Part shown: in pieces, positions 52,001 through 59,462 of the stretch
Numbering within the stretch: position 1 is the first letter of the stretch
How the letters are laid out: every line of letters starts with the position of its first letter
NCBI GenBank assembly: GCA_030390025.1
Contig: CM059427.1
Coordinates: 188,852,001-188,916,000 of the forward strand
Direction: 5' to 3'
DNA: 64,000 nucleotides
Source: Squalus acanthias
Taxonomy: Eukaryota
The notes under the pieces: generated by a model
What the model was told of the DNA's origin: nothing
The model's database searches: none
Seen by the model: the letters and a program-made list of their open reading frames with translations, nothing else
Position numbers and translations under genes: made by a program

Positions 52001-55000
52001 GTGTCTGAGGTAGTCTACATGGATTTAGCAAGACTTTTACAAGGTCGCACATGGCGGACTGGCCAGAAAAGTAAAATCCCATGGGATCCAAGGAAAAGTG
52101 TCAAGTTGGATCCAAAATTGGCTCAGTGGCAGGAAGCAAAGGGGAATGGTCGGCAGGTGTTTTTGTGACTGGAAGGCTGTTTCCAGTGGGGTTCCACAGG
52201 GCTCAGTACCTGGTCTCTTGCTTTTTTGTGGTACATGTCAATATTTTGGACATCAATATAGGGGTCATGATTAAGAAGTTTGCAGATGATAAAAAATTGG
52301 CCATGTAGTAGATAGTGAGGAAGAAAGCTGTAGAATGCAGGAAGATATCAATGGACTGGTCAGATGGGCAAAAAAGTGGCAAACGGAATTTAAACCGGAA
52401 AAGTGTGAGGTAATGCATTTGGGGAGGGCTAACAAGGCAAGGGAATACACAATAAATGGTAGGACACTGAGAAGTGTAAAGGGACAGCGGGACCTTGGAG
52501 TGCATGTCCACAGATCCCTAAAGGTACCAGGACTGGTAGATAAGGTGGTTAAGAAGGCATATGGGGTACTTTACTTTATTAGCCAAGGCATAGAATATAA
52601 GAGCAGGGAGGTTGTGCTAGAAAAGTATAAAATACTCGTTAGGCCACAGCTAGAATACTGCATAAATTTCCAGTCACCACGTTACAGGAAAGATGTGATT
52701 GCACTACAGAGGGTGCAGAGGTGATTTATGAGGATGTTGCCAGAACTGGAGAATTTTAGCTGTGAGGAAAGATTGGATAGGCTGGGGTTATTTTCTTTGG
52801 AACAGAGAAGGCTGAGGGGAGATTTTATTAATGTGTATCAAATTATGAGCAACCTAGATAGAATGGATAGGAAGGACCTATTTCCCTTGGCAGAGAGGTC
52901 AATAACCAGGGGGCATAGATTTAAAGTAATTGGTAGAAGGATTAGAGGGGAGTTGAGGAGATCTTTTTTAACCCAGAGGGTGGTGGAGGTCTGGAACTCA
53001 CTGCCTGAAAGAGTGGTCGAGGCAGAAACCCTCATCGCATTAAAAATTACTTGGATATGCACTTTAAGGGGCAAAGGAACTAGCGCCCGGGCGCGGCGAC
53101 GCCAATGCCTCCCGCAAAATTCTGCGGGAGGTTAGCGGCGGTGGTAACAATTAGCGCCCCGCGGCGCTGCATCACCGGCGATGATGTCATTGCCGTGCGC
53201 AGCGCCCCGCTCCCGACCCAGCTGCGATCTTTGGCAGCGCCCCCTGACTTACCGCCGGACGCTATGTCTGACGGGGTCATAGACATAGACATAGACATAG
53301 AAAATAGGTACAGGAGTAGACCATTCGGTCCTTCGAGCCTGCACCGCCATTCAATGCGTTCATGGCTGAACATGCTACCTCAGTACCCCATTCCTACTTT
53401 CTCGCCATACCCCTTGATCCCCTTAGTTGTGAGTGTTATATCTAACTCCCTTTTGAATATATTTAGCGAACTGGCCTCAACAACCTTCTGTGGAAGAGAA
53501 TTCCATAGATTCACCACTCTCTGGGTGAAGAAGTTCCTCCTCAGCTCAGTCCTAAATGGCTTCCCCTTAATCCTTAGACTGTGACCCCTGGTTCTAGTTT
53601 TCCCTACCATTGGGAACATTCTGCCCGCATCTAATTTGTCTAAACCAGTCAGGATTTTAAATGTCTCTATAAGATCCCCCCTCATTCTTCTGAACTCCAG
53701 AGGATACAAGTTCAGTTGACCCAATCTTTCTTGATATGTCAGTCCGGCCATCCCAGGAATCAATCTAGTGAACCTTCGCTGCACTCCCTCAATAGCAAGA
53801 ATGTCCTTCCTTAAGTTAGGAGACCAAAACTGCGCACAATACTCCAGGTGTGGCCTCACCAAGGCCCTGTACAACTGTAGCATCACCTCCCTACTCCTGT
53901 ACTCAAATCCCCTTGCTATGAAGGCCATCATTCCGTTTGCTTTCTTGACTGCCTGCTGCACTTGCATTCCCACCTTCAGTGACTGATGTACCATGACGCC
54001 CAGGTCTCGTTGCACGTCCCCTTTCCCTAATCTGCCACCATTCAGGTAATAGTCCGCCTCTCTATTTTTACCACCAAAGTGGATAACCTCACATTTATCC
54101 ACATTGTACTTCATCTGCCATACATTTGCCCATTCACCCAACCTGTCCAAGTCACTCTGTAGCCTCCTAGCATCCTCCTCATTGTTCACACTGCCTCCCA
54201 ATTTAGTGTCATCCGCAAATTTGGAGATATTACATTTAATCCCTTCGTCCAAATCATTAATATATAATGTAAACAGCTGGGGTCCCAGCACCGAACCCTG
54301 CGGTACCCCGCTGGTCACTGCCTGCCATTCTGAAAAGTACCCATTTACTCCTACTCTTTGTTTCCTGTGTGCCAACCAGTTCTCAATCCACGTCAACACA
54401 TTACCCCCAATCCCATGTGCTTTAACTTTGCTCACCAATCTCTTGTGTGGGACCTTGTCGAAGGCCTTCTGTCAGGGGGGCCTACCTGCGGCCGGGGCGG
54501 CGCTATTTAAAGGCGAGGTGTCGGGCGGCCATTTTTGTTGCTGGCCGCCTGCCAGCAGCTAGCTCCGCTGCCGTCCCCGGCCTCCTGACCCGCCCCCCCG
54601 TGGAGTGCCGGCTGCGCTCCATGTGCCCGGCAATTCTCTTGAGTGCCGGGCTCTTTTGCTGGCACTCCCGATCTTCGGTGGCCCAGCTGGGCTCCGGGTT
54701 GCGCTGTGCAAGGCCCCTCCCCTTTAAGAAGGGGAGGAAGACCTGCAATACCGCGGCGCGACGTGCCGCAGCTCATGGCGTTGCTGCTCATGGCGCCGCA
54801 ATGTTCCCTCGCAGTGCCCCAAGAGGGAGGTGAGGCACTTCCAGTAGCGCTCCGTTTCCCTCTTGGGGCACTACCACTCAATTTCGGCCATGGGGGCTCT
54901 AGTTTTTCTGGGCCCTGGCGAAGTTAGCGGCCCAAAGGGGGCACGACTAAATTTCTCCCCCTAAGTGCCATAAACTGCAAGGCTACGGACCAAGAGCTGG

Positions 55001-56688
55001 AAAGTGGGATTCGGTCGGATCGCTCTTTTTCAGCCGGCACAGATACGATAGGTCGAATGGCCTCCTTCTTTGCCGTAAATTTCTATTATTCTCTGATTCT
55101 ATGGTTTACAGTCATATTTTTACATTTAGCTGATCATGTTGCCTTCACTTCAGGCACTATTACAGAGAAAAACAGAACAATTCCATTACATTCAGTTTAT
55201 CTATTATAGAGTTATCAGAACATTCATCATTACTACAAAAAATAATCAAAATTAAGAGAGAGGACATGGTTAATTCCAGGTTACAGTGAATAAAAGCTCC
55301 AAATCTCCTCGTGACTCCTGGTCCACAGGGGGCATTATCAGGGTGGACAGGATCTCAGGGAGAGAAATTGGGGCAGGATACGGTTATGTCGGGTTTTCAC
55401 CCCACTTGTCCTGTGACGGGGTTTCCCGAGGTTGGCGGGGATCAGATGGTTCCTGGTCTGCACCCTCTTGTCTGAAAAGACACCGTGACAGAGAAAAATT
55501 AGCTCTTGGAAACTGAGTTGCAGCCTCTTTCCACCAGGTGTTTTGCCTTATCTGTGAAAGGTGACAACTGTGGCTGTGACGGTAATGAATGCATTTATGC
55601 GAATGCATTCCGATACTTCCAGGTGGCCACTGGTGACATTGGGCCCATCATTCAGTCAATAGTTCATTGCTACCATTCACTGAACTGCATTTTCACGTAC
55701 ATTCATTCCAAGGATATCAGTTAAGTAACAGTCATTAGATACTCAAGGATAACTGTAAAATCCTCATTGTAACTATCATTTTATCTACATTTTCATAAGG
55801 AAACTTAGCTAAAGCAGTAAATCTCATGTATCTGTGATTCTAGATTAAACAGCAATTCACATCACAATTACCAAAAACACAATGGCACCGTGTACACTGT
55901 ATTCGCAGTAAAGTTTAAACACAAAGTTTGGACTCTAAACTAGAATTACACAGAATTTATAGCACAGAAACAGGCCATCAGCACAACCGGTCTATGCTGC
56001 CCACCTACTCAGACAACGAGGGGGCAGACACAGGAACCACCTGATATCCGCCCACCTCGGGAAACCCCGTCACAGGACAAATATTATCGAGTTTCCCCTT
56101 GAATGCATCGATGCTAATCACCTCAACTACTCCCTGTGGTAGCAAGTCCACATTCCAACCACTCTCTGGGCAAAAAAGTTGCTCCTGAATTCCTTAATGG
56201 ATTTATTCGTGACAATTTTATATTTATGACCCCTAGTTTTGAACTCCCCCACAAGTGGAAACATCTTCTCTAAGTCTACCCTGTCAAACCCCTTCATAAT
56301 CTTAAAGAACTCTATTAGGTCACCCTTTGCTATATGCAAGAGTAGATGGATAGATGGATGGATAGAGTTATAGATGGATCGGGAAAGGGAGTTGAAGAGC
56401 AATGAGAAATATGCTAATATTTTTCATTTTATTAAGTTGCTCCATTGTTGCAATCTGAAAAGTGAAATCACACATCCTGTTTAAAGGAGCAGGGACATGA
56501 AATTAAAGACTTGCTTGCTGAATACTAGCTGGGTGCATTCATTAAACTCGATGATAAAGTAAAACAATATGAATGTGATTGGTAGAAATAAGGCACTTAC
56601 TTTGTGTGAAAACAGACGGAAGTAGAAACACAAAGAAACTGATCATCAAACCAGCTGGCATTTTGCTGCAGAAAAATCGTAGCTTCAT
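9741..56688 (-). CDS. Multi-exon Ig-superfamily gene: leader plus (V-C2-V-C2)x2, CD4/LAG-3-related; 3' end not found; D8 frameshifted
   Basis: Nine exons with AG/GT sites and phase-1 junctions. The spliced frame is open for 795 codons up to TGA at 9907-9905. WxC in D4 and D8. Pairwise homology D1/D5, D2/D6, D3/D7, D4/D8. Confidence 0.8.
10047..10818. mobile_element. MITE-like insertion in the D7-D8 intron
   Basis: Imperfect inverted ends (..GGAGTTTCC / GGAAACTCT..), CpG-rich ends, AT-rich core. Interrupts homology with the D3-D4 intron. Confidence 0.6.
10860..11198 (-). CDS. Ig exon D7 (V-type, canonical C-W-C; paralogue of D3)
   Basis: 339 nt, atttcag acceptor and gtagga donor. Encodes ELSLICEAESEIIKTKWTW..EDAGVYTCSLG. 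Confidence 0.9.
12437..12709 (-). CDS. Ig exon D6 (C2-type; F-strand Cys replaced by Trp; paralogue of D2)
   Basis: 273 nt, ttttacag acceptor and gtaagt donor. Encodes GSDITLSCTIS..LHWKP..NLYTWEVQE. Confidence 0.9.
12759..15300 (+). mobile_element. Interspersed repeat (family 4) carrying an expanded minisatellite
   Basis: Shares CCCGCCCACTTCCGGTTTTAAC, CCAATCTGCT and AGGTRAGTGCCTT blocks with 16380, 32464 and the reverse copy at 48810-49560. Confidence 0.65.
13230..15030. repeat. Minisatellite (CCGATCACCATCTACACCCCC)n, about 21-25 bp unit with variable C-run
   Basis: Directly visible tandem array of about 1.8 kb, interspersed with shorter CCGATCACCCC units. Confidence 0.97.
15520..16376. 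mobile_element. PIF/Harbinger-like MITE, family 2
   Basis: Ends GGGGGAGAAATT...AATTTTTCCCCC, 3-bp duplication (CAT or ATG), highly similar to 41049-41907. Confidence 0.75.
16380..17090 (+). mobile_element. Interspersed repeat family 4 copy
   Basis: Homologous to 12759-13230 and 32464-32878, with a short degenerate CCGATC region. Confidence 0.6.
17230..17388 (+). mobile_element. L2-type LINE fragment, continuing at about 22763-22875 after the CR1 insertion
   Basis: NFLxxNIxKTEAIxF-like RT C-terminal motif. TCTCAG is duplicated at both CR1 ends. Confidence 0.55.
17389..22762 (-). mobile_element. Near full-length CR1 LINE (5' monomers, ORF1 zinc finger/leucine zipper/esterase, ORF2 APE-RT, internal deletion near the 3' end)
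   Basis: ORF1 MAGQLTPVECTAC..C..C, IVIGDSIVRG and DGLLLN. ORF2 YFNARSIVNK, ITETWL, DFSKAFD, GVPQGSVLGP. Split by a nested CR1. Confidence 0.88.
20233..21954 (-). mobile_element. 5'-truncated CR1 nested in ORF1 of the outer CR1
   Basis: RT ORFs 21235-21702, 20917-21231, 20321-20938 with FADDTK. The host sequence CCTGGTCCTC|CTCTTCTGTCTG rejoins across it (compare 44616-44637). Confidence 0.88.
22459..22768 (-). repeat. 4 x 76-bp tandem monomers at the CR1 5' end
   Basis: Units start at 22459, 22535, 22611, 22687 (next boundary 22763). Each contains GATATAAAGA on the CR1 sense strand. Confidence 0.9.
23107..23216. mobile_element. 110-bp hAT-like MITE
   Basis: TIRs CAACATTCCCTTTAA / TTAAAGGGAACATTG, imperfect 8-bp TSD TTCACAGC/TTCACCAC. 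Confidence 0.7.
23749..24002 (+). mobile_element. 5'-truncated DeuSINE-like (SacSINE1-like) SINE
   Basis: Contains GCTTGCTGTGCGCAAATTGGCTGCCGC, recalled from shark DeuSINEs, and an L2-like tail ..GCGATAGAAATGCAAGTC(TTTC)n. Confidence 0.6.
24194..24710 (+). mobile_element. L2 LINE 3' end
   Basis: HISPVLxxLHWLPVxQRIDFK-type coding and LWNSLP, tail GCGCTATATAAATGCAAG(TTG)n. Confidence 0.8.
24748..25742 (+). mobile_element. Solo LTR (family C)
   Basis: TGAAAGGATTCGC...AAACCCTTACA, TSD GTCCC on both sides, TATAAA near 25214, AATAAA near 25556. Host CR1 rejoins across it. Confidence 0.8.
26030..26345 (+). mobile_element. Old L2 fragment
   Basis: Similar to 24194-24430 (CACCAAGTCC..CACCCATC, CTCTGTAACCTCC..CAGCCC). 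Confidence 0.6.
26500..26757 (-). mobile_element. CR1 RT fragment
   Basis: Reverse strand encodes CEVIHFG..SLKVTGQVNK..AYGILGFI-like text. Confidence 0.65.
26813..27157 (-). CDS. Ig exon D5 (V-like, no cysteines; paralogue of D1)
   Basis: 345 nt, cttgcag acceptor and gtaagt donor. Encodes FVLKGPDNPGNGSIVWEWRP..NLRIRNPTFELAGLFTWTQ. Confidence 0.88.
27549..27753. repeat. Near-perfect 205-bp palindrome (about 100-bp arms, 5-nt spacer)
   Basis: AATAACAACAG..TCAGAAC tggcg GTTCTGA..CTGTTGTTATT. The ORF track shows the same peptide on both strands. Confidence 0.92.
29312..29581 (-). CDS. Ig exon D4 (C2-type, WxC motif)
   Basis: 270 nt, acacag acceptor and gtaagt donor. Encodes EGDIVTLTCSVS..LVWIN..GNWICALF. 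Confidence 0.9.
29619..30380. mobile_element. PIF/Harbinger-like MITE, family 1
   Basis: TIRs GGCCCAGAAATTC / GAATTTTTGGGCC, three internal palindromes, five copies in the window. Confidence 0.8.
30425..30778 (-). CDS. Ig exon D3 (V-type; F-strand Cys replaced by Ser)
   Basis: 354 nt, ttacag acceptor and gtagga donor. Encodes ELDLICYGYYINYLHSYNHAAWTW..NFSVRIVPVLFEDAGVYTSSLG. Confidence 0.9.
31167..31916. mobile_element. MITE family 1 (inverted relative to 29619)
   Basis: GGGGTCAGAAATTC..GAATTTCTGGCCC, same internal blocks. Confidence 0.8.
32464..34940 (+). mobile_element. Family 4 repeat split by a young CR1
   Basis: 5' part 32464-32878. CCGATCT-rich part resumes at about 34803-34940. Confidence 0.55.
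32880..34802 (+). mobile_element. Young 5'-truncated CR1 with uninterrupted RT ORF (32984-34705, 573 aa)
   Basis: KSPGPD, NYRPVSLTS, DFQKAFD, GVPQGS, FADDTK without stops, (CTATGTAT) tail. Confidence 0.95.
35230..35385 (+). mobile_element. CR1 extreme 3' fragment
   Basis: Reverse complement of 20240-20390, CTCTATGA tail. Confidence 0.7.
35992..36085 (-). pseudogene. Decayed 3' half of a third D2/D6-type exon
   Basis: Translates FGVEDKNLHLCEV* versus D2 VAVEDKELYACEVQ, ends GATGTGGATCAG like D6, donor changed GT to AT. Adjacent intron 35780-35990 aligns with 12230-12436. Confidence 0.7.
38883..40519 (+). mobile_element. AT-rich solo LTR-like insertion (family D)
   Basis: TGTGAAGGAATA...TATCCCTTCA, imperfect TSD TTCC/TTAC, internal direct repeat of about 180 bp (39225-39570), AATAAA near 40158 and 40187. 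Host CR1 APE rejoins. Confidence 0.6.
41030..45180 (-). mobile_element. Internally deleted CR1 nested in ORF1 of the outer CR1
   Basis: ORF1 43975-44880, APE 42881-43908, RT C-terminus 42390-42581, 3' (ACTCTATG) tail near 41030. Confidence 0.82.
41049..41907. mobile_element. MITE family 2 copy inserted in the CR1 tail
   Basis: GGCGGAAAAATTC..GAATTTTTACCCC, TSD ATA. Confidence 0.78.
45667..46428. mobile_element. MITE family 1 copy inside CR1 ORF1
   Basis: GCGGCCAGAAATTC..AATTTCTGCCCC, shared palindromes. Confidence 0.8.
46872..47141 (-). CDS. Ig exon D2 (C2-type)
   Basis: 270 nt, ttcatag acceptor and gtaagt donor. Encodes GSDVTLSCTIS..LQWKK..EDKELYACEV. Confidence 0.9.
47311..47745. mobile_element. 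Possible old Harbinger-like MITE
   Basis: GGGCCTGAAAATT..GACTTTCAGTCCC imperfect TIR only. Confidence 0.3.
48228..48790 (-). mobile_element. LINE 3' fragment (CR1/L2-group, distinct family)
   Basis: LSTIYKAQVRTVMDYSPLAW..LDTIQDKA RT C-terminal motif, A-rich tail on the minus strand. Confidence 0.7.
48810..49560 (-). mobile_element. Family 4 repeat, reverse copy with degenerate GATCGG tandem region
   Basis: GTTAAAACCAGAAGTGGGCGGG is the reverse complement of the family core. GATCGGAGG repeats at 48960-49255. Confidence 0.6.
50081..50422 (-). CDS. Ig exon D1 (V-like, lacks both canonical cysteines)
   Basis: 342 nt, ctaacag acceptor and gtgagt donor. Encodes NPNHIYFLDEGDDIPLKGP..VVWEWKP..NLRIRKPTFKCAGSFILTQ. 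Paralogue of D5. Confidence 0.85.
53068..54961. mobile_element. GC-rich Harbinger-like MITE (related to family 2), itself split by a young CR1
   Basis: GGGG...AATTTCTCCCCC with TSD TAA (53065-53067, 54962-54964). Confidence 0.7.
53279..54470 (-). mobile_element. Young 5'-truncated CR1 with open RT ORF (352 aa)
   Basis: GVPQGSVLGP and FADDTK, no stops, (CTATGT)n tail at 53279-53300. Confidence 0.93.
55940..56330 (-). mobile_element. CR1 3' fragment
   Basis: KGDLIEFFKIMKGFDRVD..TRGHKYKI..NFFAQRVV. Confidence 0.75.
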
Positions 56689-56710
56689 TTCACAGATTCC
56701 GTCTCTTTCC
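56601..56710 (-). CDS. Leader (signal peptide) exon, ATG at 56688: MKLRFFCSKMPAGLMISFFVFLLPSVFTQ
   Basis: Acceptor tttcttacag, donor A|gtaagt in phase 1, hydrophobic core. Joins in frame to D1. Confidence 0.75.
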
Positions 56711-56730
56711 CTGTAAGAAATATACATATA

Positions 56731-57493
56731 GGCCCAGAAATTAAACAGTGAGGGTTCCCGCGGGGGTAAGGAATCCCCGCGATATCGCACTCCGCGCCTA
56801 CCTTTTTGCTCCAGGCCCACACAAACTTTAGTTTGAAAGGCTCTCTCTCTTGGAACCGTGCAGTGCTTGCGTGACCCAGAGACGCAATTAGTTCGTGCGA
56901 GCTCTGGGATCACGTGATTCAGTTAGAGCCAATGGCAGCACACCATCTTTCATTCATAGTTTTGACAGGAAGTCCTGTCAAAGCTATGAATACTACACCC
57001 CCCCAAAAGAACAGCTAAACCTCAATTAAATTTAAAAAAAAGCCATCACATTAATAAAATAAGTATAGTTAAATAAATTAACCACTTTAAATGATAAAAT
57101 TAAATTTTTGAAAAAATTTAAAATCTTTTTAAAAGTTATAAAAATAAACTTACCTTTCTTTAAAGTCTCTAAAAAAGATAAACCTGATGAAAAAAATTTA
57201 AAATAACACTTAATTAACTACTTATCTTGTTAAAAGGGGGTCCTACGCCTGCTTTCTTTATGTGTAAAATCTTCACCACTTACCTGCGCGTTCAAAGCTG
57301 AAAAAATAACTAAGTGCACTGCGTGCGCACAGCCTGTAGCGCGCACGTGGTTCACTTAGGAACCGCCCCCTTTTGAATTCACGAAGTGCCGGTTTCCCGC
57401 GCATGCGCAGTGCATGCAGGAAACCGGCAATTGGAGAACTAATACGCGAGAGTACACAGTGCGTACTCTCGCGTATTAGGTCTAATTTTCGGA
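56731..57493. mobile_element. MITE family 1 copy immediately upstream of the leader exon
   Basis: GGCCCAGAAATT start, shared palindromes and AT-rich core. Confidence 0.78.
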
Positions 57494-57819
57494 GATACAG
57501 ATATATATATAGCGCCAGAAAACCACCAGAAGTAAAACTGAGGCACATTTCTTGAATATGTTTAACACTTCAGACTGTGAAGAAAAGAAATGAGGTAAAA
57601 CAGCTTTCCAAATTATTTCCCCATTCTAACTTGGAATTGGAAAATGAACAATAAACATCTTCAGTAAAATTCTCCACCACCTCCTGTGCTAATTGTAATA
57701 AAAGTTATTTCATAATATTTAAAAATTTGCAATTAATCTATTCAAAATAATCTATGATGGATCATGTATGATCTACCTCTCATCCACAATCCACAGAAAA
57801 TTTCCAACTGAAAATCATA

Positions 57820-59462
57820 GCTGGGATTTTCCTCACCAGAAGGGAGAGAAGCAAAGCTGAAATTAGAAAGCAGAAAAGTAGAAAGTGAATTTGGAAGACA
57901 GAGGAAGCAAGGGCTAGAAAATAGACAACAAGGGAGTTTGGCAATGCTAAATGGTATACACTTCAACACAAGGAGTAGAGGGAATAAGGCAGATGAGCTG
58001 AGAGCACAGATAGACACTTGGGAGTATGATATTGGGCCAAAAATTCAGCCCGGGTGAGTACACAGTGCGTACTCACCCGTAAGGCGTCCCGAAGTGCCGG
58101 TTTCCTGCATGCACTGCGCATGTGCGGGAAACCGGAACTTCCGGTCTGGTGAAGGGGGCGGTTCGTAGGTGAACTGCGTGCGCGGTAGAGGCTGCGCGCA
58201 CGCAGCAAACTTAGGTTTTTTTCAGTTTTCTCCGGGAGGGTAAGTAGTGAAGAACCTGCACATTTAAAAAGGAGGCGCAGGAGCCGTTTTCAACAAGGTA
58301 AGTGGTTAATTAAGCATAATTTTAAAAAATTTTCAACAGGTTTATCTTTTTTAGATACTTTAAAGAAAGGTAAGTTTATTTTTAGCACTGTTAAAAAGTA
58401 TTTTAATTTTTTCAAAAATTTAAATTTTTGTTTAAAGTGGTTAATTTATTTAACTATAGTTATTTTATAAATGTGATGGTTTTTAAAAAAAATTATTTTA
58501 AGTTTAGCTGTTCTTTTGGGGCCGATTTCAATTCATACATTTGACAGGTATTCCTGTCAAATCTATGAATGAAAGATGGTCTGCTGCCATTGGCTCTCCA
58601 TGGCCCACGTGATCCCAGGGGACGCATCGCATTAACTACGCCCCTGGGACACGCAAACACTGCGCGCTGGCACTTGGTGCAGGCCCAGGAGCTGAATTTC
58701 CCGTGGGCCCTAAACACAACGGCAGGCGCGGTAGGTAAGTGCGCGCGCGATCCTCACCCCCGCGGCAAGCCGGAGAGGCGAATTTCAGGGCCAACATAGC
58801 TGTTACTTAGAAATGGCTGAAAGAAGGGTAGGTATGGCAGCTCAACATTCCTGCTTACAGGGTTTTCAGATGGGATAGAGATGGGGTTAAAAAGGAGGGT
58901 GGGTTGCAGTATTGATTAAATAAACAATTACAGCTGTGAGGAGGGATGATATGTTAGAAGGATCATCAAATGAGGCCATATGGGTTGAATTGAAGAACAA
59001 AAAAGGGGCAATCACACTGCTGGAAGTGTACTGTAGACCCCCAAACAGTCAGATGGAGATAGAAGAGCAAATATGTAGGCAAATTTCTGAGAAGTGCAAA
59101 AACTATAGGGCAGTAATAGTAGGGGATTTCAACTACCCCAATATAAACTGGGATAAAATTAGTGTGGAAGGGAAAGAGGGAGTGGAATTCATAAAATGCA
59201 TTCAGGAGTAAACTAGGCCTGTATACTCTTGAATTCAGAAGAATGAGAGGGGATCTCATTGAAGCATACAAAATTATTACAGGGCTTGATAGGATGGATA
59301 CTGGGAGAATGTTTCCCTTGGCTGGGGAGTCTAGAACCAGTGGCCACAGCCTCAGGATAAAGGGTAGGCCATTCAGGAATGAGATGAGAAGAACTTTCTT
59401 GGCACAGAGGGTGGTGAATCTTTGGAATTCTCTCCCCCAGAGGGCTGTGGAGGCTCAGTCAT
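57820..59462 (+). mobile_element. CR1 fragments (ORF1/APE junction fused to a 3' RT piece)
   Basis: EAIWVELKNKKG and IVGDFNYP, then an abrupt jump to RGDLIEAYK near 59210. Confidence 0.8.
58034..58792. mobile_element. MITE family 1 copy inside a CR1
   Basis: GGGCCAAAAATTC..GAATTTCAGGGCC. Confidence 0.8.

Larger units (their letters stand above)
50520..55105 (+). mobile_element. Degenerate CR1 (APE-RT-3' end) interrupted at 53068-54961
   Basis: ITETWL, KSPRPD, FADD and QRVVEVWNSLP pieces. The 3' end resumes TAAGTGCCAT at 54962. Confidence 0.85.

Noticed and set aside
9741-56710. Assigning the symbol CD4 or LAG3
   Set aside because: Eight domains, unsplit first V exon, and no tail motif or synteny visible. 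Only family-level resemblance is supportable.
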